Counted from the stretch's first letter, positions 10,042 to 20,741 are shown. The stretch: DNA of 64,000 nucleotides from Nitrosopumilus sp. (GCA_965205675.1 OZ242186.1:736001-800000); one strand, 5' to 3'. The notes: generated by a model not told the origin, from the sequence alone. Numbers and translations: made by a program.

Positions 10042-10710
10042 TTGAATATGAACAAAAAAGGCGTAATTTTAGGCGTCATTGTTATTGGAATTATTGCAGG
10101 TATTGCTTCCTCCTTATTTGCATCTCCTGCTGAAACTGTTAATTTGGATATGGGCAGAACTCATGGAACTATCTCAACTGCTATGGGTTCCCCAATCCTA
10201 GGTGATCCTTCTGCACCAATTACTATTGTCGAATTTGGTGATTATCAATGCCATCAGTGTTTTAATTGGTTTCACAATACAAAACCTGCAATCTTTAGAG
10301 ATTATATTGAAACTGGAAAGGCAAATCTAGTTTTTGTTGATTTAGCATTCTTGGGACGTGATTCTCCAAAAGCAGCTCAAGCATCATATTGTGCTGAAGA
10401 CCAACAAATGTATTGGGAATACCATGACATCCTTTACAATTCACAAGAACCTAAAATTGATGGTGGTTGGGCAAACAATGAACGATTAAAGGCATTTGCA
10501 TTTAACTTGGGACTTGACATGGAATTATTTGAAAGCTGTCTTGATTCTGGAAAATATTCAAAACGTATTCAGTATAATATCCAGCAAGCTCGAGATCATG
10601 GTGTGACTGGAACTCCGGGTTTCTTCATTATAGGCCCTGATGGACAAGAACCAATTGGGGGTGCACAACCATACTCTGTGTTCAAACAAATATTGGATAC
10701 AATGGTCTAG
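10042..10710 (+). CDS. DsbA-family oxidoreductase
   Basis: TM anchor, FGDYQCHQC, TGTP, GAQP. Confidence 0.92.
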   Translation: MNMNKKGVILGVIVIGIIAGIASSLFASPAETVNLDMGRTHGTISTAMGSPILGDPSAPITIVEFGDYQCHQCFNWFHNTKPAIFRDYIETGKANLVFVDLAFLGRDSPKAAQASYCAEDQQMYWEYHDILYNSQEPKIDGGWANNERLKAFAFNLGLDMELFESCLDSGKYSKRIQYNIQQARDHGVTGTPGFFIIGPDGQEPIGGAQPYSVFKQILDTMV

Positions 10711-11196
10711 ATGATATCTGCAATTTCATTAGTATTCTCAAATCCAAAATATCTTTTCTTCTCTGTTGCTATTTTTTCAGCAATGTTTGTTGGATTGTTG
10801 ATTTTATCTGAATATATTTTTCTAGAGCCTTATGTTGTTGGTCATATTCCTTCTGGCACTGAATTTGGGTTTTCTCTAATTCTTACCATCTCTGCACTAT
10901 CTGCTTTGGTTTTGCCGATGAATGTCTTTCGAATCAATATTCTCAAAAAATCAAAACAGAAAATGGGTGGTGGGATATTTGGCTCTGTTATTGGTGCAGT
11001 AGCTGGTGCATGTAGTTGCGGCCCTATAGGATTTGCTGTGATCTCCACTTTTGGTTCAGTTGGTGCAACTGCTACTGCGTTTCTCACTAATTATGAAATC
11101 CAAATTCGAATAATTGCTATTGGAATTTTAACAATTACTTACTTTACCACTGTAAAATCCCTCAAAAATGAATGTAAATTTGATCCCAATTCTTAA
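10711..11196 (+). CDS. conserved membrane protein with CSC motif
   Basis: Four hydrophobic segments, GACSCG; starts immediately after the dsbA stop. Confidence 0.8.
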   Translation: MISAISLVFSNPKYLFFSVAIFSAMFVGLLILSEYIFLEPYVVGHIPSGTEFGFSLILTISALSALVLPMNVFRINILKKSKQKMGGGIFGSVIGAVAGACSCGPIGFAVISTFGSVGATATAFLTNYEIQIRIIAIGILTITYFTTVKSLKNECKFDPNS

Positions 11197-11430
11197 TGCA
11201 TTAGAAATTACCAATTAGGCAAATTTTTGCAACCTTGGAATCTATCTTCTAGTTGGTTCAAGTATTATTGTGACATTTATCTATATTCCGATTAGGCCTA
11301 GCAGGAGAGATCCTGAGGCTGATGAAATTGAAGATGCAGAAGATTGACCTCATTCTAATTTTCTATAATCTCTAATGGATTTTAGAAATTTACAAAGTTG
11401 AGATATTTATTTGCCTTTTTATGATTCCAC

Positions 11431-12351
11431 ATGATGCAGAACTGGAATTTGATTTTTGGAATTTCTATAATTTCTAGTCCTATTCTCTTTGCAATGATTG
11501 CATTTCCTGATTCTATCTCTTGGAGTTGGAATCAGGGTAGAGGTGGTTACTTTTTTGCATTGATCTTCATTGTAGCTGAATTAATTGGATTAAAAATTGT
11601 AATTTCAAAGAAAAAATTACTTGTTGTAATTCCTATAGCTCTTGCAACTATGGCCTATCTTGTTTCATTAGAGTATGGTCTACGAGAATACATAGTTGAT
11701 TTTGAAATCCTCTTTAATGTACAATTAGTTGATTCTTGGACTTGGATGTGGGATTTTATTGTGATGGCAATCTTTGTAATTGTAGCTTTGAGTATCTTCT
11801 TTGGAAAGCGTTGGATTAGAATTGGTCCTGCTGCTCCGATATTTCTTACTGGTACTGCAATAATACTCTCACTTGATGCATTTTTCCCATATGACACACT
11901 TGGTCCATTACAATATATTGTTCCATATTTTGTTCAAGCAAATGTTTGGGTGATTACTGCCCTTGATCTTGGAACTGCTATTGCTAGAGATAATGTAATG
12001 TTCTTACGTGGTGATCATGGTTCCATGGCCCTTCAGGTGTTTTGGCCATCAGCTGGCGTTCATAGTATTATTATTTTTTCATTAGTGATTGGGGCCTTTA
12101 TGCTAAAACTAAACATTCCTAGAACTCGAAAATCAATTTATTTTATTTTAGGCATTATTGGAACCATCATTGTTAATTTAATTCGAATTTTTTCACTATC
12201 TTGGTATGCTCTTAAAGTAACTACTGACCCTGTGGCATGGGAGGAATATCACAAAATAGCCGGTGAAATAATGTTTCTACCGTGGCTATTTGCGTTTATT
12301 TTAGTCGTGGTTCTCATTGAATCAAGACGTTTGAAAAACTCTAAAAGATAA
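11431..12351 (+). CDS. thaumarchaeosortase (exosortase family)
   Basis: SWNQGRGG, VFWPSAGVHS (Ser in place of the catalytic Cys), NLIRI, EEYH. Confidence 0.9.
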   Translation: MMQNWNLIFGISIISSPILFAMIAFPDSISWSWNQGRGGYFFALIFIVAELIGLKIVISKKKLLVVIPIALATMAYLVSLEYGLREYIVDFEILFNVQLVDSWTWMWDFIVMAIFVIVALSIFFGKRWIRIGPAAPIFLTGTAIILSLDAFFPYDTLGPLQYIVPYFVQANVWVITALDLGTAIARDNVMFLRGDHGSMALQVFWPSAGVHSIIIFSLVIGAFMLKLNIPRTRKSIYFILGIIGTIIVNLIRIFSLSWYALKVTTDPVAWEEYHKIAGEIMFLPWLFAFILVVVLIESRRLKNSKR

Positions 12352-12357
12352 TTTGTT

Positions 12358-13452
12358 CTAAAAATAAGATGTAATGTTACTTTGTCCTTGAATGTCTGAA
12401 AGTTCAGATATTCTTACTCCTAGCCTCCTTATTGTACTAGTTTGATTCTCTAGTGCTTCTTTTAGTAACTGGTCTGCCGTTTTTTGTAATTCTTCAATGC
12501 TGATAGTTGGATTCCTTAACATTTTTGATTTTGATTTGTTTGATAAATCTGACTGTACAAAATGTATGCCTACTGATCTGAACATCTGATTGTTTTTTTT
12601 AACCACGTCATGCACTTCTTTACAAAGTGCGAGGATATTTTCAAATAAAAATTCATAATCTTTTGAATCCTTTTTCAATGTTGTAATTTTACTATATTGT
12701 ATTCTTGCTTCTTTCTCTTTTACTGGTTCATTATCTATACCTCTTGCTGCATTGTAAATCCATGTCCCTGTTTTTCTACCAAACTCTTTGTTTAATGTAA
12801 AAATGTCTATTTTTTTTAAATCTTGAATTGTCTCTAGATTCATCTCTAAAAATCTGGTTTCTGTTTTTTTACCAATTCCTGGAATTGCTCTGATTTTCAA
12901 TTGCTCTAAAAATACCTCAATTTTTTCTGGAAATACTATAGTTAATCCATCTGGTTTTTGAAAATCTGATGCAATCTTCGAAATTAGTTTATTTGGAGAA
13001 ATTCCTATTGAACAACTAAGCTTTGTTTTGTTTCTTATGGTGTTTTTGATTCTTTGAGCTATGTGATTTGCTTTTTCAAAATCTCCCTCTATTTTTTTTG
13101 TTATATCTAAATACGCTTCATCTCTGCCGACATATTCAAAAACATCTGCATTCTCCTTCATAATCTTCATCGCTTTCTCTGAGACTTTTGTATAGAAATC
13201 AAAATCAACTGGTAAAAATACTGCATCTTTTCTCTCTTCTAGTCTTTTTTTTGCAAAAACAATTGGCATTCCTGATTTGACCCCGTATTCCCTTGCTGTA
13301 TAATTTGCAGTTGCAATCGCACCACTATCTCCGCCCCTATCTGAAAATACACAAACACATACTGGTTTTGATTTTAATTCTGGTGATCTTGTTTCTTCAC
13401 ATTGAGCATAGAAATAATCAAAATCTATGTGGAAAACTATTCTTGTTTCCAA
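12358..13452 (-). CDS. dinB: Y-family DNA polymerase IV (Dpo4/DinB)
   Basis: HIDFDYFYAQ, ANYTAREYGV, DEAYLD, KPDG. Confidence 0.96.
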   Translation of the reverse strand: METRIVFHIDFDYFYAQCEETRSPELKSKPVCVCVFSDRGGDSGAIATANYTAREYGVKSGMPIVFAKKRLEERKDAVFLPVDFDFYTKVSEKAMKIMKENADVFEYVGRDEAYLDITKKIEGDFEKANHIAQRIKNTIRNKTKLSCSIGISPNKLISKIASDFQKPDGLTIVFPEKIEVFLEQLKIRAIPGIGKKTETRFLEMNLETIQDLKKIDIFTLNKEFGRKTGTWIYNAARGIDNEPVKEKEARIQYSKITTLKKDSKDYEFLFENILALCKEVHDVVKKNNQMFRSVGIHFVQSDLSNKSKSKMLRNPTISIEELQKTADQLLKEALENQTSTIRRLGVRISELSDIQGQSNITSYF

Positions 13453-13524
13453 TATCTTTCTAATCTATTATGATTATTACAATATTGTGTATTCATCTAA
13501 ATATTGATAAAAGAATCATATTTT

Positions 13525-13764
13525 ATGGAATATCCTGTATCTGTTGATGAAAATGGTGTAAATTTGAAACCTGAAAAAATGGAGAAAGAAAAACTCTATC
13601 ACTGTATTTTCAAGAATAAGGCGATGCTACTTTTCAAAGATTCTCAGGATGTTTTGAACTGTTATGAAATCGAAGAAGCAGATTTGGTCGAACAAATTAA
13701 GAAATGTGATAATGATGACGATCTTGAAAAATTATTTGAGGACTATCTGAAAGGAAATACCTGA
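13525..13764 (+). CDS. hypothetical acidic protein
   Basis: Clean ORF, ATG at 13525 preferred. Confidence 0.7.
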   Translation: MEYPVSVDENGVNLKPEKMEKEKLYHCIFKNKAMLLFKDSQDVLNCYEIEEADLVEQIKKCDNDDDLEKLFEDYLKGNT

Positions 13765-13813
13765 AAAATTAAATAAAAGCGAGAGGGAAATTTGTTATAG
13801 CAGGAATTTAAAA

Positions 13814-14794
13814 TTGAGCAACAATAAATCTAATGATGCAGAAGATATTTTATCAGAATTTGATTCTAGAAATAAACCAGAACCAACACCAGAACCAACA
13901 CCAGAACCAACACCAGAACCAACACCAGAACCAACACCAGAACCAACACCAGAACCAACACCAGAACCAACACCAGAACCAACACCAGAACCAACACCAG
14001 AACCAACACCAGAACCAACACCAGAACCAACACCAGAACCAACACCAGAACCAACACCAGAACCAACACCAGAACCAACACCAGAACCAACACCAGAACC
14101 AACACCAGAACCAACACCAGAACCAACACCAGAACCAACACCAGAACCAACACCAGAACCAACACCAGAACCAACACCAGAACCAACACCAGAACCAACA
14201 CCAGAACCAACACCAGAACCAACACCAGAACCAACACCAGAACCAACACCAGAACCAACACCAGAACCAACACCAGAACCAACACCAGAACCAACACCAG
14301 AACCAACACCAGAACCAACACCAGAACCAACACCAGAACCAACACCAGAACCAACACCAGAACCAACACCAGAACCAACACCAGAACCAACACCAGAACC
14401 AACACCAGAACCAACACCAGAACCAACACCAGAACCAACACCAGAACCAACACCAGAACCAACACCAGAACCAACACCAGAACCAAGTTCCCCGGAAACT
14501 TCTAAATCTCCAAAAGCACCAGAAGAACGTGATGTAATCTTTGTTGGAACTAAACCCATAATGACTTATGTTTCTGCAACCTTAACTCAACTTTCAACTA
14601 GAACTATTGTTACTATCAAAGCAAGAGGTAAACGAATTACTCAAGCTGTTGATGTCTCTCAAATGATTGTAAAACGAATGGATTTTGTAGGATATGTAAT
14701 TAGTGATGTAAGAATTACATCTAATTCTTTAACCTCTCAAGATGGAAAAAAACGTAATGTTTCTACTATAGAAATTGATATTTCAAAAAATTAA
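13814..14794 (+). CDS. albA: Alba-family nucleic-acid-binding protein with a long N-terminal PEPT repeat
   Basis: C-terminal [12 protein letters not shown]...[14 protein letters not shown]...VSTIEI is the Alba signature. Confidence 0.9.
   Translation: MSNNKSNDAEDILSEFDSRNKPEPTPEPTPEPTPEPTPEPTPEPTPEPTPEPTPEPTPEPTPEPTPEPTPEPTPEPTPEPTPEPTPEPTPEPTPEPTPEPTPEPTPEPTPEPTPEPTPEPTPEPTPEPTPEPTPEPTPEPTPEPTPEPTPEPTPEPTPEPTPEPTPEPTPEPTPEPTPEPTPEPTPEPTPEPTPEPTPEPTPEPTPEPTPEPTPEPTPEPTPEPSSPETSKSPKAPEERDVIFVGTKPIMTYVSATLTQLSTRTIVTIKARGKRITQAVDVSQMIVKRMDFVGYVISDVRITSNSLTSQDGKKRNVSTIEIDISKN
13877..14486 (+). repeat. perfect 12-bp tandem repeat CCAGAACCAACA x50 plus a partial copy
   Basis: Directly visible; no variant copies seen. 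Confidence 0.98.
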
Positions 14795-15011
14795 TCTAAC
14801 ATTCTTAATCATACTTTTAATTGGGATTTTGTTTGTTGTTGTAATTGGATTTACTTATGATCCTTGTGGACTTTCACATGTATTGATTTTAAATGAAATC
14901 TCTTCATACGAACAATCCTTAGATCCTGAATTTTGTGAAAATGTTGTTGAAAGAATTGATTTACACAATGATCAATGTAATTCATACATAGAAACTTTAG
15001 ATTGTGGTTAA
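14775..15011 (+). CDS. small membrane-anchored Cys-containing protein
   Basis: N-terminal TM helix, four Cys. Confidence 0.65.
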   Translation: MIFQKINLTFLIILLIGILFVVVIGFTYDPCGLSHVLILNEISSYEQSLDPEFCENVVERIDLHNDQCNSYIETLDCG

Positions 15012-15628
15012 GGTATGATATCTGTTATGAATGTAATTCCAAAATACACTAACAACAAACTTAATCCAACCATCATGATTTTATAATTTCTATTTGAGAT
15101 TACCTTTGAACTTTTTGATGCTAGAAATGATATTCCTCCTAACCAAACAAAATCCATCCAAATATGTAAGAAGAACATTATCACTATGCCTGAAAATGCC
15201 CAAATTAGCATGGCGTCTGAAATCAATTTGAATCCTATTGTTAGCCACCATATGATGAAAAATGGATTTAACGCACTAAGTAATATTCCTGTAATTAATG
15301 GTCCTTGCTTTGATTTTGTTGTGATCTTTTTGTTATTTTGTAATGTTGTTTTGATTTGAATTAATGCAAACACAAAAAGTGTAATTGCACCCACAACAGA
15401 AATTATTATTCTAAACTCTGGGAATGTTTTTAAAGAAAATGCCCCTATGCCTAACAAAACAATTAATGGAAATTCGACAATCGTATGGCCTATTGCCATC
15501 TTGATGCCTGATTTGGTTCCTTCTCGTAATCCATAGGATATATTTGCTGCAAAAAGTGGTCCTGGTGTCATCACTCCTGATGCAGAAATAACAATTACCA
15601 TTATAGCAAATTCAAAAATTTGAGTCAT
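15008..15628 (-). CDS. LysE-family translocator
   Basis: SGVMTPGP, GHTIVE, LNPFFIIWW. Confidence 0.92.
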   Translation of the reverse strand: MTQIFEFAIMVIVISASGVMTPGPLFAANISYGLREGTKSGIKMAIGHTIVEFPLIVLLGIGAFSLKTFPEFRIIISVVGAITLFVFALIQIKTTLQNNKKITTKSKQGPLITGILLSALNPFFIIWWLTIGFKLISDAMLIWAFSGIVIMFFLHIWMDFVWLGGISFLASKSSKVISNRNYKIMMVGLSLLLVYFGITFITDIIP

Positions 15629-15673
15629 TGTTTTACTATTATCTGATTATGCAATAAATCCAGTTGAATTATT

Positions 15674-16387
15674 TTATCTATACATTGAATCTTTAAGATG
15701 TCTTGATTCTTCTTGCGTCTCTTTGATTGTGATTTCTGCTCTTTCAGCTTCTCTTTGTAATGATGGAATATCACAAGATGCTCCTGGAATTAATTTTGAC
15801 ATTGCCATACATAACTTTGCACTTGATTTAAAATCTGGACCTTCCCCATTGGTATGAAAAATTATCACTATGACATCTTGATTTATCATGTTTCCTTCAT
15901 TTAGTAATATTCCTGGAATTCCTGGTACAGTTCCGTGATCTAATATTTTGAGATCTGCTTTTTTTATTTTATTTCTTGCAGATTCGGTACTCCCAATCCC
16001 CATCATTTCTTCATTACCGTCTGGTGATTTTATTGCGACACTGCTTACAATTAATTTTATTTTTTGTTTTTTTGCCCATGACAACATTGTTTTTGCTATA
16101 ACTCTGTGTAGTGATTGATCTAATGTTAAATATGACAAAAATATGCCGACTTTCAATCCCTCATTTACAAAAATCCTTGTAGGAAATTCTGGCTTTCCTT
16201 TTTTTATTACGCTGATTGGGGGGAAACTATCTGAATCTATAACTCCCCCTAATTCAAATTGTGATGTATGAATCATTGATTCTGTTGCAATGGCGCTGCT
16301 GAATCCTATTGAGGGAAATCCATCTATGAGATATCCTTCTTCTAGATTCACTTTTTTAATTTCCCTAATTCGAATTCTGAGGCTCAA
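15674..16387 (-). CDS. PAC2-family proteasome assembly chaperone
   Basis: DGFPSIGF, FPPIS, GPDF motifs. Confidence 0.85.
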   Translation of the reverse strand: MSLRIRIREIKKVNLEEGYLIDGFPSIGFSSAIATESMIHTSQFELGGVIDSDSFPPISVIKKGKPEFPTRIFVNEGLKVGIFLSYLTLDQSLHRVIAKTMLSWAKKQKIKLIVSSVAIKSPDGNEEMMGIGSTESARNKIKKADLKILDHGTVPGIPGILLNEGNMINQDVIVIIFHTNGEGPDFKSSAKLCMAMSKLIPGASCDIPSLQREAERAEITIKETQEESRHLKDSMYR

Positions 16388-16436
16388 TGATTACTTTGTA
16401 TATTGATCAAATAATAGTTTTTATCTGATTCTATTT

Positions 16437-17180
16437 TTATAATTTTGAAATTAATACCGCATAAATGAATGGCAATATTATTGCCCCTTCTGCATAAAGT
16501 GTTGATTGTTTTGCAATCTGCGCTACTTTCCCTCCCCGAAATGCCTCTCTTACTAATGCACCCCTAAGACTCCCATCAAATTTTTGTGCAGTAGTTATGT
16601 AAAACGCATAATCTGACCCTTCTCTATGTTGATTCCACCAATTGCCCAATAAAGAAAAGAATCTTCTTCCAAATGCATTCCAATCATCTTACAAATTTCT
16701 GTGGCACTCATCTCTTTGGCTTCTTTTTGATATTCTTCTTCCAAAAATCCCTGTATTTTTTCTTCAATTAACGGTTCGTAACTATCCACTGGGACGAGGA
16801 CGTTTCCTAATCTATGTCTTGATTTGTTAATTTCATATCGTCCATTGTAAATGACCCTTCTTTATAATGTGAAAAATGCCGTGCAATGTCGTGATCTAAT
16901 GCACCACATGTTGTAATTGCAACATCAAACCATTTGTTTTTGCTAATGTCTTTGATAATGCCTCTTAGGATTGTTGATACACAACTGCTTCTACAAATGA
17001 AATGAATCTTAAACATTTTTTATCTGAAATCATCTCTGTTAAAATTTCTAATCTGTTTGATGGGTTTACTGATTCAAATCCTTTTGATTTTGATAATTCT
17101 TCAATTTTTTTTAATGTGATGTTTGAATGAATTTCTATATCTTTAACTGGACGACCTATAGGTCTATCGTGAATTTGTGT
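16437..17180 (-). pseudogene. deoxyhypusine synthase pseudogene
   Basis: Fragments RPVKD, LRGII...ITTCGALDHD, GNVLVP, SFLYWA, YITTA...DGSLRGA...EA...GKV in different frames; central part missing; 5' boundary approximate. Confidence 0.88.
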
Positions 17181-17274
17181 GTTGGTGTCAAGTATAAAAT
17201 CCTGCCTTCGTCAAAATGATTTTTCTCTATTCTCTAAGAAAACTTTAAACCCATCTAATAACACCAAATTTAGA

Positions 17275-18369
17275 ATGACGGGAAGAATTAAAGTTGGTTT
17301 GGTGGGTATTGGTAATTGTTTTTCTGGTCTTATTCAGGGAATTGAATATTATAGAAAAAACCCTACTCAAGAAGTTACTGGAATTATTCATGATAAATTA
17401 GCTGGTTATGGTATTCATGATATTGATTTTGTTTGTGGTTTTGATGTTGGTGAAAATAAAGTTGGAAAACTTCTTCATGAAGGAATCTATGCATTTCCCA
17501 ATATGGTTGATTGGATTCCTCAAGATGAATTACCAAAAAACGATGCCAAAATTTACGAAAGTCCAATTCTAGATGGTGTTGGGCTGTGGGTTGAAAATCG
17601 AATAAAACCTATTGAAAATCCAAAATCTGTAGAACAAATAACTGAAGAAGTTAAAAAAGTAATCAAAGATTCTGGTGTTGAAATAATTGTATCTTATTTG
17701 CCTGTTGGTTCTGATAAAGTAACTGAATATTGGGCACAGATTTGCCTTGATACTAATACTGCATTTGTAAATTGCATTCCTTCGTTTATAGCGTCTGATG
17801 AAACATGGGCAAAAAAATTTGCAGACAGAAATATTCCTTGTATCGGCGATGATATCAAAGGACAAGTTGGTGCCACTATTGTTCATAGAACTTTAGCTAA
17901 ATTATGTAATGATAGAGGAACTAAAATTGAAAAAACATATCAAATCAATGTTGGTGGCAACACTGATTTCTTAAACATGAAAGAACAAGATAGACTCGTT
18001 TCAAAGAAGATTTCTAAAACTGAAAGTGTTCAAAGTCAGCTTGATGAAAGATTAGATGATGATCAAATTTATGTCGGCCCTTCTGACTTTATTCCTTTTT
18101 TAGGTAACACAAAACTCATGTTTATGCGAATTGAAGGTCGTCAATGGGCAAATATCCCTTACAATATGGAAGTACGTTTAGAAGTTGATGACAAAGCTAA
18201 TTCTGCAGGCATTGTAATTGATGCAATCCGATTAGCACGAATTGCACTTGATAGAGGCGTGGGCGGACCAATCAAGCCTGCTAGTGCATATTTAATGAAA
18301 CATCCTATTGAACAAACTTCTGATGTTAAAGCAAAAGCTGCTTGTGAAGAATTTGTTGCAGGTGACTAG
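17275..18369 (+). CDS. ino1: myo-inositol-1-phosphate synthase
   Basis: GIGNC, YLPVGS, GDDIKGQVGAT, NVGGNTDFLN, DKANSAG, AYLMKHP. Confidence 0.96.
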   Translation: MTGRIKVGLVGIGNCFSGLIQGIEYYRKNPTQEVTGIIHDKLAGYGIHDIDFVCGFDVGENKVGKLLHEGIYAFPNMVDWIPQDELPKNDAKIYESPILDGVGLWVENRIKPIENPKSVEQITEEVKKVIKDSGVEIIVSYLPVGSDKVTEYWAQICLDTNTAFVNCIPSFIASDETWAKKFADRNIPCIGDDIKGQVGATIVHRTLAKLCNDRGTKIEKTYQINVGGNTDFLNMKEQDRLVSKKISKTESVQSQLDERLDDDQIYVGPSDFIPFLGNTKLMFMRIEGRQWANIPYNMEVRLEVDDKANSAGIVIDAIRLARIALDRGVGGPIKPASAYLMKHPIEQTSDVKAKAACEEFVAGD

Positions 18370-18399
18370 TCACTGAAATTATTCATGTGAATTGTTTTG

Positions 18400-18583
18400 A
18401 TACATTTCATCTCTTTCTAAACATTAGGGCATGGCTTTCGTTAGAGAATGGTTTCAATCAAAAGATGGCAGACATGTATCCATACGAGACTATTCTCTCA
18501 ATGCTATCTTCATCCTAGTTAGGATTGTTCGCAGTTATTAGACGAGGCCTTGTCCCTCATAAATTTCAACGCGACTTGCAGTC
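18400..18583 (-). ncRNA. candidate bridge RNA / seekRNA of the IS110 element
   Basis: Stems ATGAGG/CCTCGT, TCCTA/TAGGA and AGAGAAT/ATTCTCT; loop segments match the reconstructed target and donor (see findings); ends approximate. Confidence 0.65.
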
Positions 18584-19577
18584 CTAACTATAATTTTGTA
18601 CAAATTCTCTCCTCTCCTTTAACATCCAATAAATAACACGCAATAACTTTGATGCACCAGCTACTGCAGCTTTGGATGATCCTCTTTTCTTTTTAATGCG
18701 ATTATAAAATTTTGTAATGTCGCTATCTGGTGCGTATCTAACATGTGCATGAATTGCCTCCACTAGCAACCATCTTAGCATGGTGCTTCCTCTCTTTGTA
18801 ATTCTTCCGTGATGTATTGTATCTGCAGAATTTCTCACCGATGGAACAATCCCTGCATATGCACATAACTTGTGAGAATTTGAAAATCTACTAATCTCTG
18901 CAATTTCTGAGAATATGCTCAATGCTGTGTATGGTCCAACTCCAGGTGTTGATATCAAAATACACACATCAGGATTATCATTTACCATGCGACGTATCAT
19001 GGAATCTATTTTTGCAACCTCCTTTTTGTGAAATTTTATGCTTTGTAGGTACGAATCTATTCTATAACTCTCCAATTTTCCAAGTGCACGTATGTGTTCT
19101 GAGGAAAATGGTGTTGCTTTGATATGGATTCCCTCCTGTAGTGTAATACCATGTATGGAATTCTTCATCTTTACAATAACGCGTATAATCTTGTGTCGAT
19201 GTCTTACAAGCTGTCTGTATTGCACAATTGTGTGATCTGGCACAAATGATTCTGCAATGTATCCCTCCTCGTAGCAAATTTGCAAGATGGTACGCATCAA
19301 TTTTATCAGTCTTTTTGAGTGATGATGCTATTATCTTTGTGTTGTATGGATTAGATAGTATAACATCAAGATGTAATTTGTCTGTCATGTGTCTATAAAG
19401 GCCATACCAGACAGATGATGACTCTAAAACATATTTTGCGTTCTTTGGAATTTTGGATGTAATTTTGCTAATAGCAGAAAAATCACTGGAAATCTTTTTG
19501 TTAAATAATAATTTGCCAATCTCATCTACTGCTGCCACCTGTACAGAGTTCTTGTGAACATCCAATCCTACAAACAT
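18584..19577 (-). pseudogene. IS110 DEDD recombinase/transposase with a 1-nt frameshift
   Basis: An extra G near 19264 (GGAGGGATAC) splits NLLRGG/YIAES between ORFs 19062-19676 and 18584-19300. Confidence 0.88.
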
Positions 19578-19694
19578 CAAATATTTTTTTTCAGGAAGGG
19601 TAGTGTGTTTGTTTGCATTTCTTACTTTCTTGATACGAATGCAAGTACCATCTAATTTCCTAGCTGATTTTGGCACATATGGTTATAGTTATTA

Positions 19695-19832
19695 GACCTC
19701 TTGCGTAATTATAGAGATTTTTTCTCAAATTTTGTATTTTAACAGAATTCATACCTGAAAATTCAAATTTCTCAACCAATTTGAAAAATCCTGCAGCAAA
19801 ATTCACGCCTAGAAATAATCACGCAAGACGTC
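19695..19832. mobile_element. 138-bp MITE, copy 1
   Basis: TIR GAC(C/G)TCTTGCGT(A/G)ATTAT; TATTA duplicated at 19690-19694 and 19833-19837; near-identical inverted copy at 32544-32681. Confidence 0.92.
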
Positions 19833-20560
19833 TATTATTAGAATCTGAAAATCTAACTCTTCTACTCTCTTCATATTTGTCCAAATCAAATTCTTCACTT
19901 GATCCACATTTCCCATTTAGTCTCATAACTTTTGTTGTCATTACTTTGTTATTTTTGATTAAATCTATGGTGAGACTACCGCCAAATCTCTGATTCTCTA
20001 CATTTGCTGCTAAAATTGGGACTCTTCTCCAATGCTCTAACTTGAACATACATCTGTCATGGTTTAATCCCCCGTTGGACTATTCGACTTGGTGAAAACA
20101 ATGCTTTGGCTCCTTTTTTTACAAATGTGTTGGCTACTTTGCAAATACCCTGTCGTAACAAATCACCACTCCAAATTTGCAGGCTATATCAAAAATTTTA
20201 GCCTCTTTTCTAGGCTTGACATTATCTCGTTTAGTCAAAAGGATGGATTTTTTCTTATCTGCCTATGACATCGTCTTTGGGTCAACCCCCTATTATTGGA
20301 GAAATTATTGATGACTTAGCCTTGATGATTCCATAAAATGCTCCTAGAATTGTGGTCGTGGAAAATTCTTTTGTTATTTTCTTAAACTCTGAAAATTCTA
20401 CATCAGAATCATCTATCTCGTTATTTCTTAGCCATTGCTCTGGCAGGCATACAATGTTCGTGTCTGTCCTTCCTAATTTTTTTAAAATTTTTGAAACTTG
20501 TTCAATTCCTTTTTGATTTGTACTTTGTGATGTAATTTGAATTAATCCAAGCTTTGCCAC
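19833..20560 (-). pseudogene. carbon-nitrogen hydrolase (nitrilase family) pseudogene
   Basis: N-terminal KLGLIQ...VCLPEQW, C-terminal VPILAANV; multiple frameshifts; last codons displaced to 18366-18383 by the MITE and IS110. Confidence 0.8.
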
Positions 20561-20741
20561 GAATTTACAATTCTTTATTGGTAATTATAGTGGGTGTAAA
20601 CACGCGATCAATTTACAAATTTATCTTTAATATGATTTGACCACTACGAAAAATATCATAACACAACAAGAAAAATTATGCAATTATGTCAATTAAACTT
20701 GTTAACTACCGATTATCCTTCGTATTAAGAAATTATTATCA

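Larger units (their letters stand above)
18384..19688 (-). mobile_element. IS110-family element (IS1111-like layout, long 3' non-coding end)
   Basis: Transposase MFVGLDVHK, LES, KTDKIDA, PGVG, AYAGIVPSVRNSA, GRITKRG; flanked by TTATT at 18379-18383 and 19689-19693 (alternative TTAT boundary 18383-19682). Confidence 0.88.

Noticed and set aside
11290-11350. CTGA...TGATGA box-like motif suggesting a C/D sRNA
   Set aside because: Reads equally well as the acidic tail of a short membrane ORF remnant (IVTFIYIPIRPSRRDPEADEIEDAED*); no supporting D box layout
13877-14486. Possible CRISPR array
   Set aside because: Head-to-tail 12-mer with no spacers
13795-14559. Alternative ORFs (GSGV)n, (HQNQ)n and (VL)n
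   Set aside because: Shadow frames of the 12-bp repeat; only the PEPT frame joins a recognisable (Alba) domain
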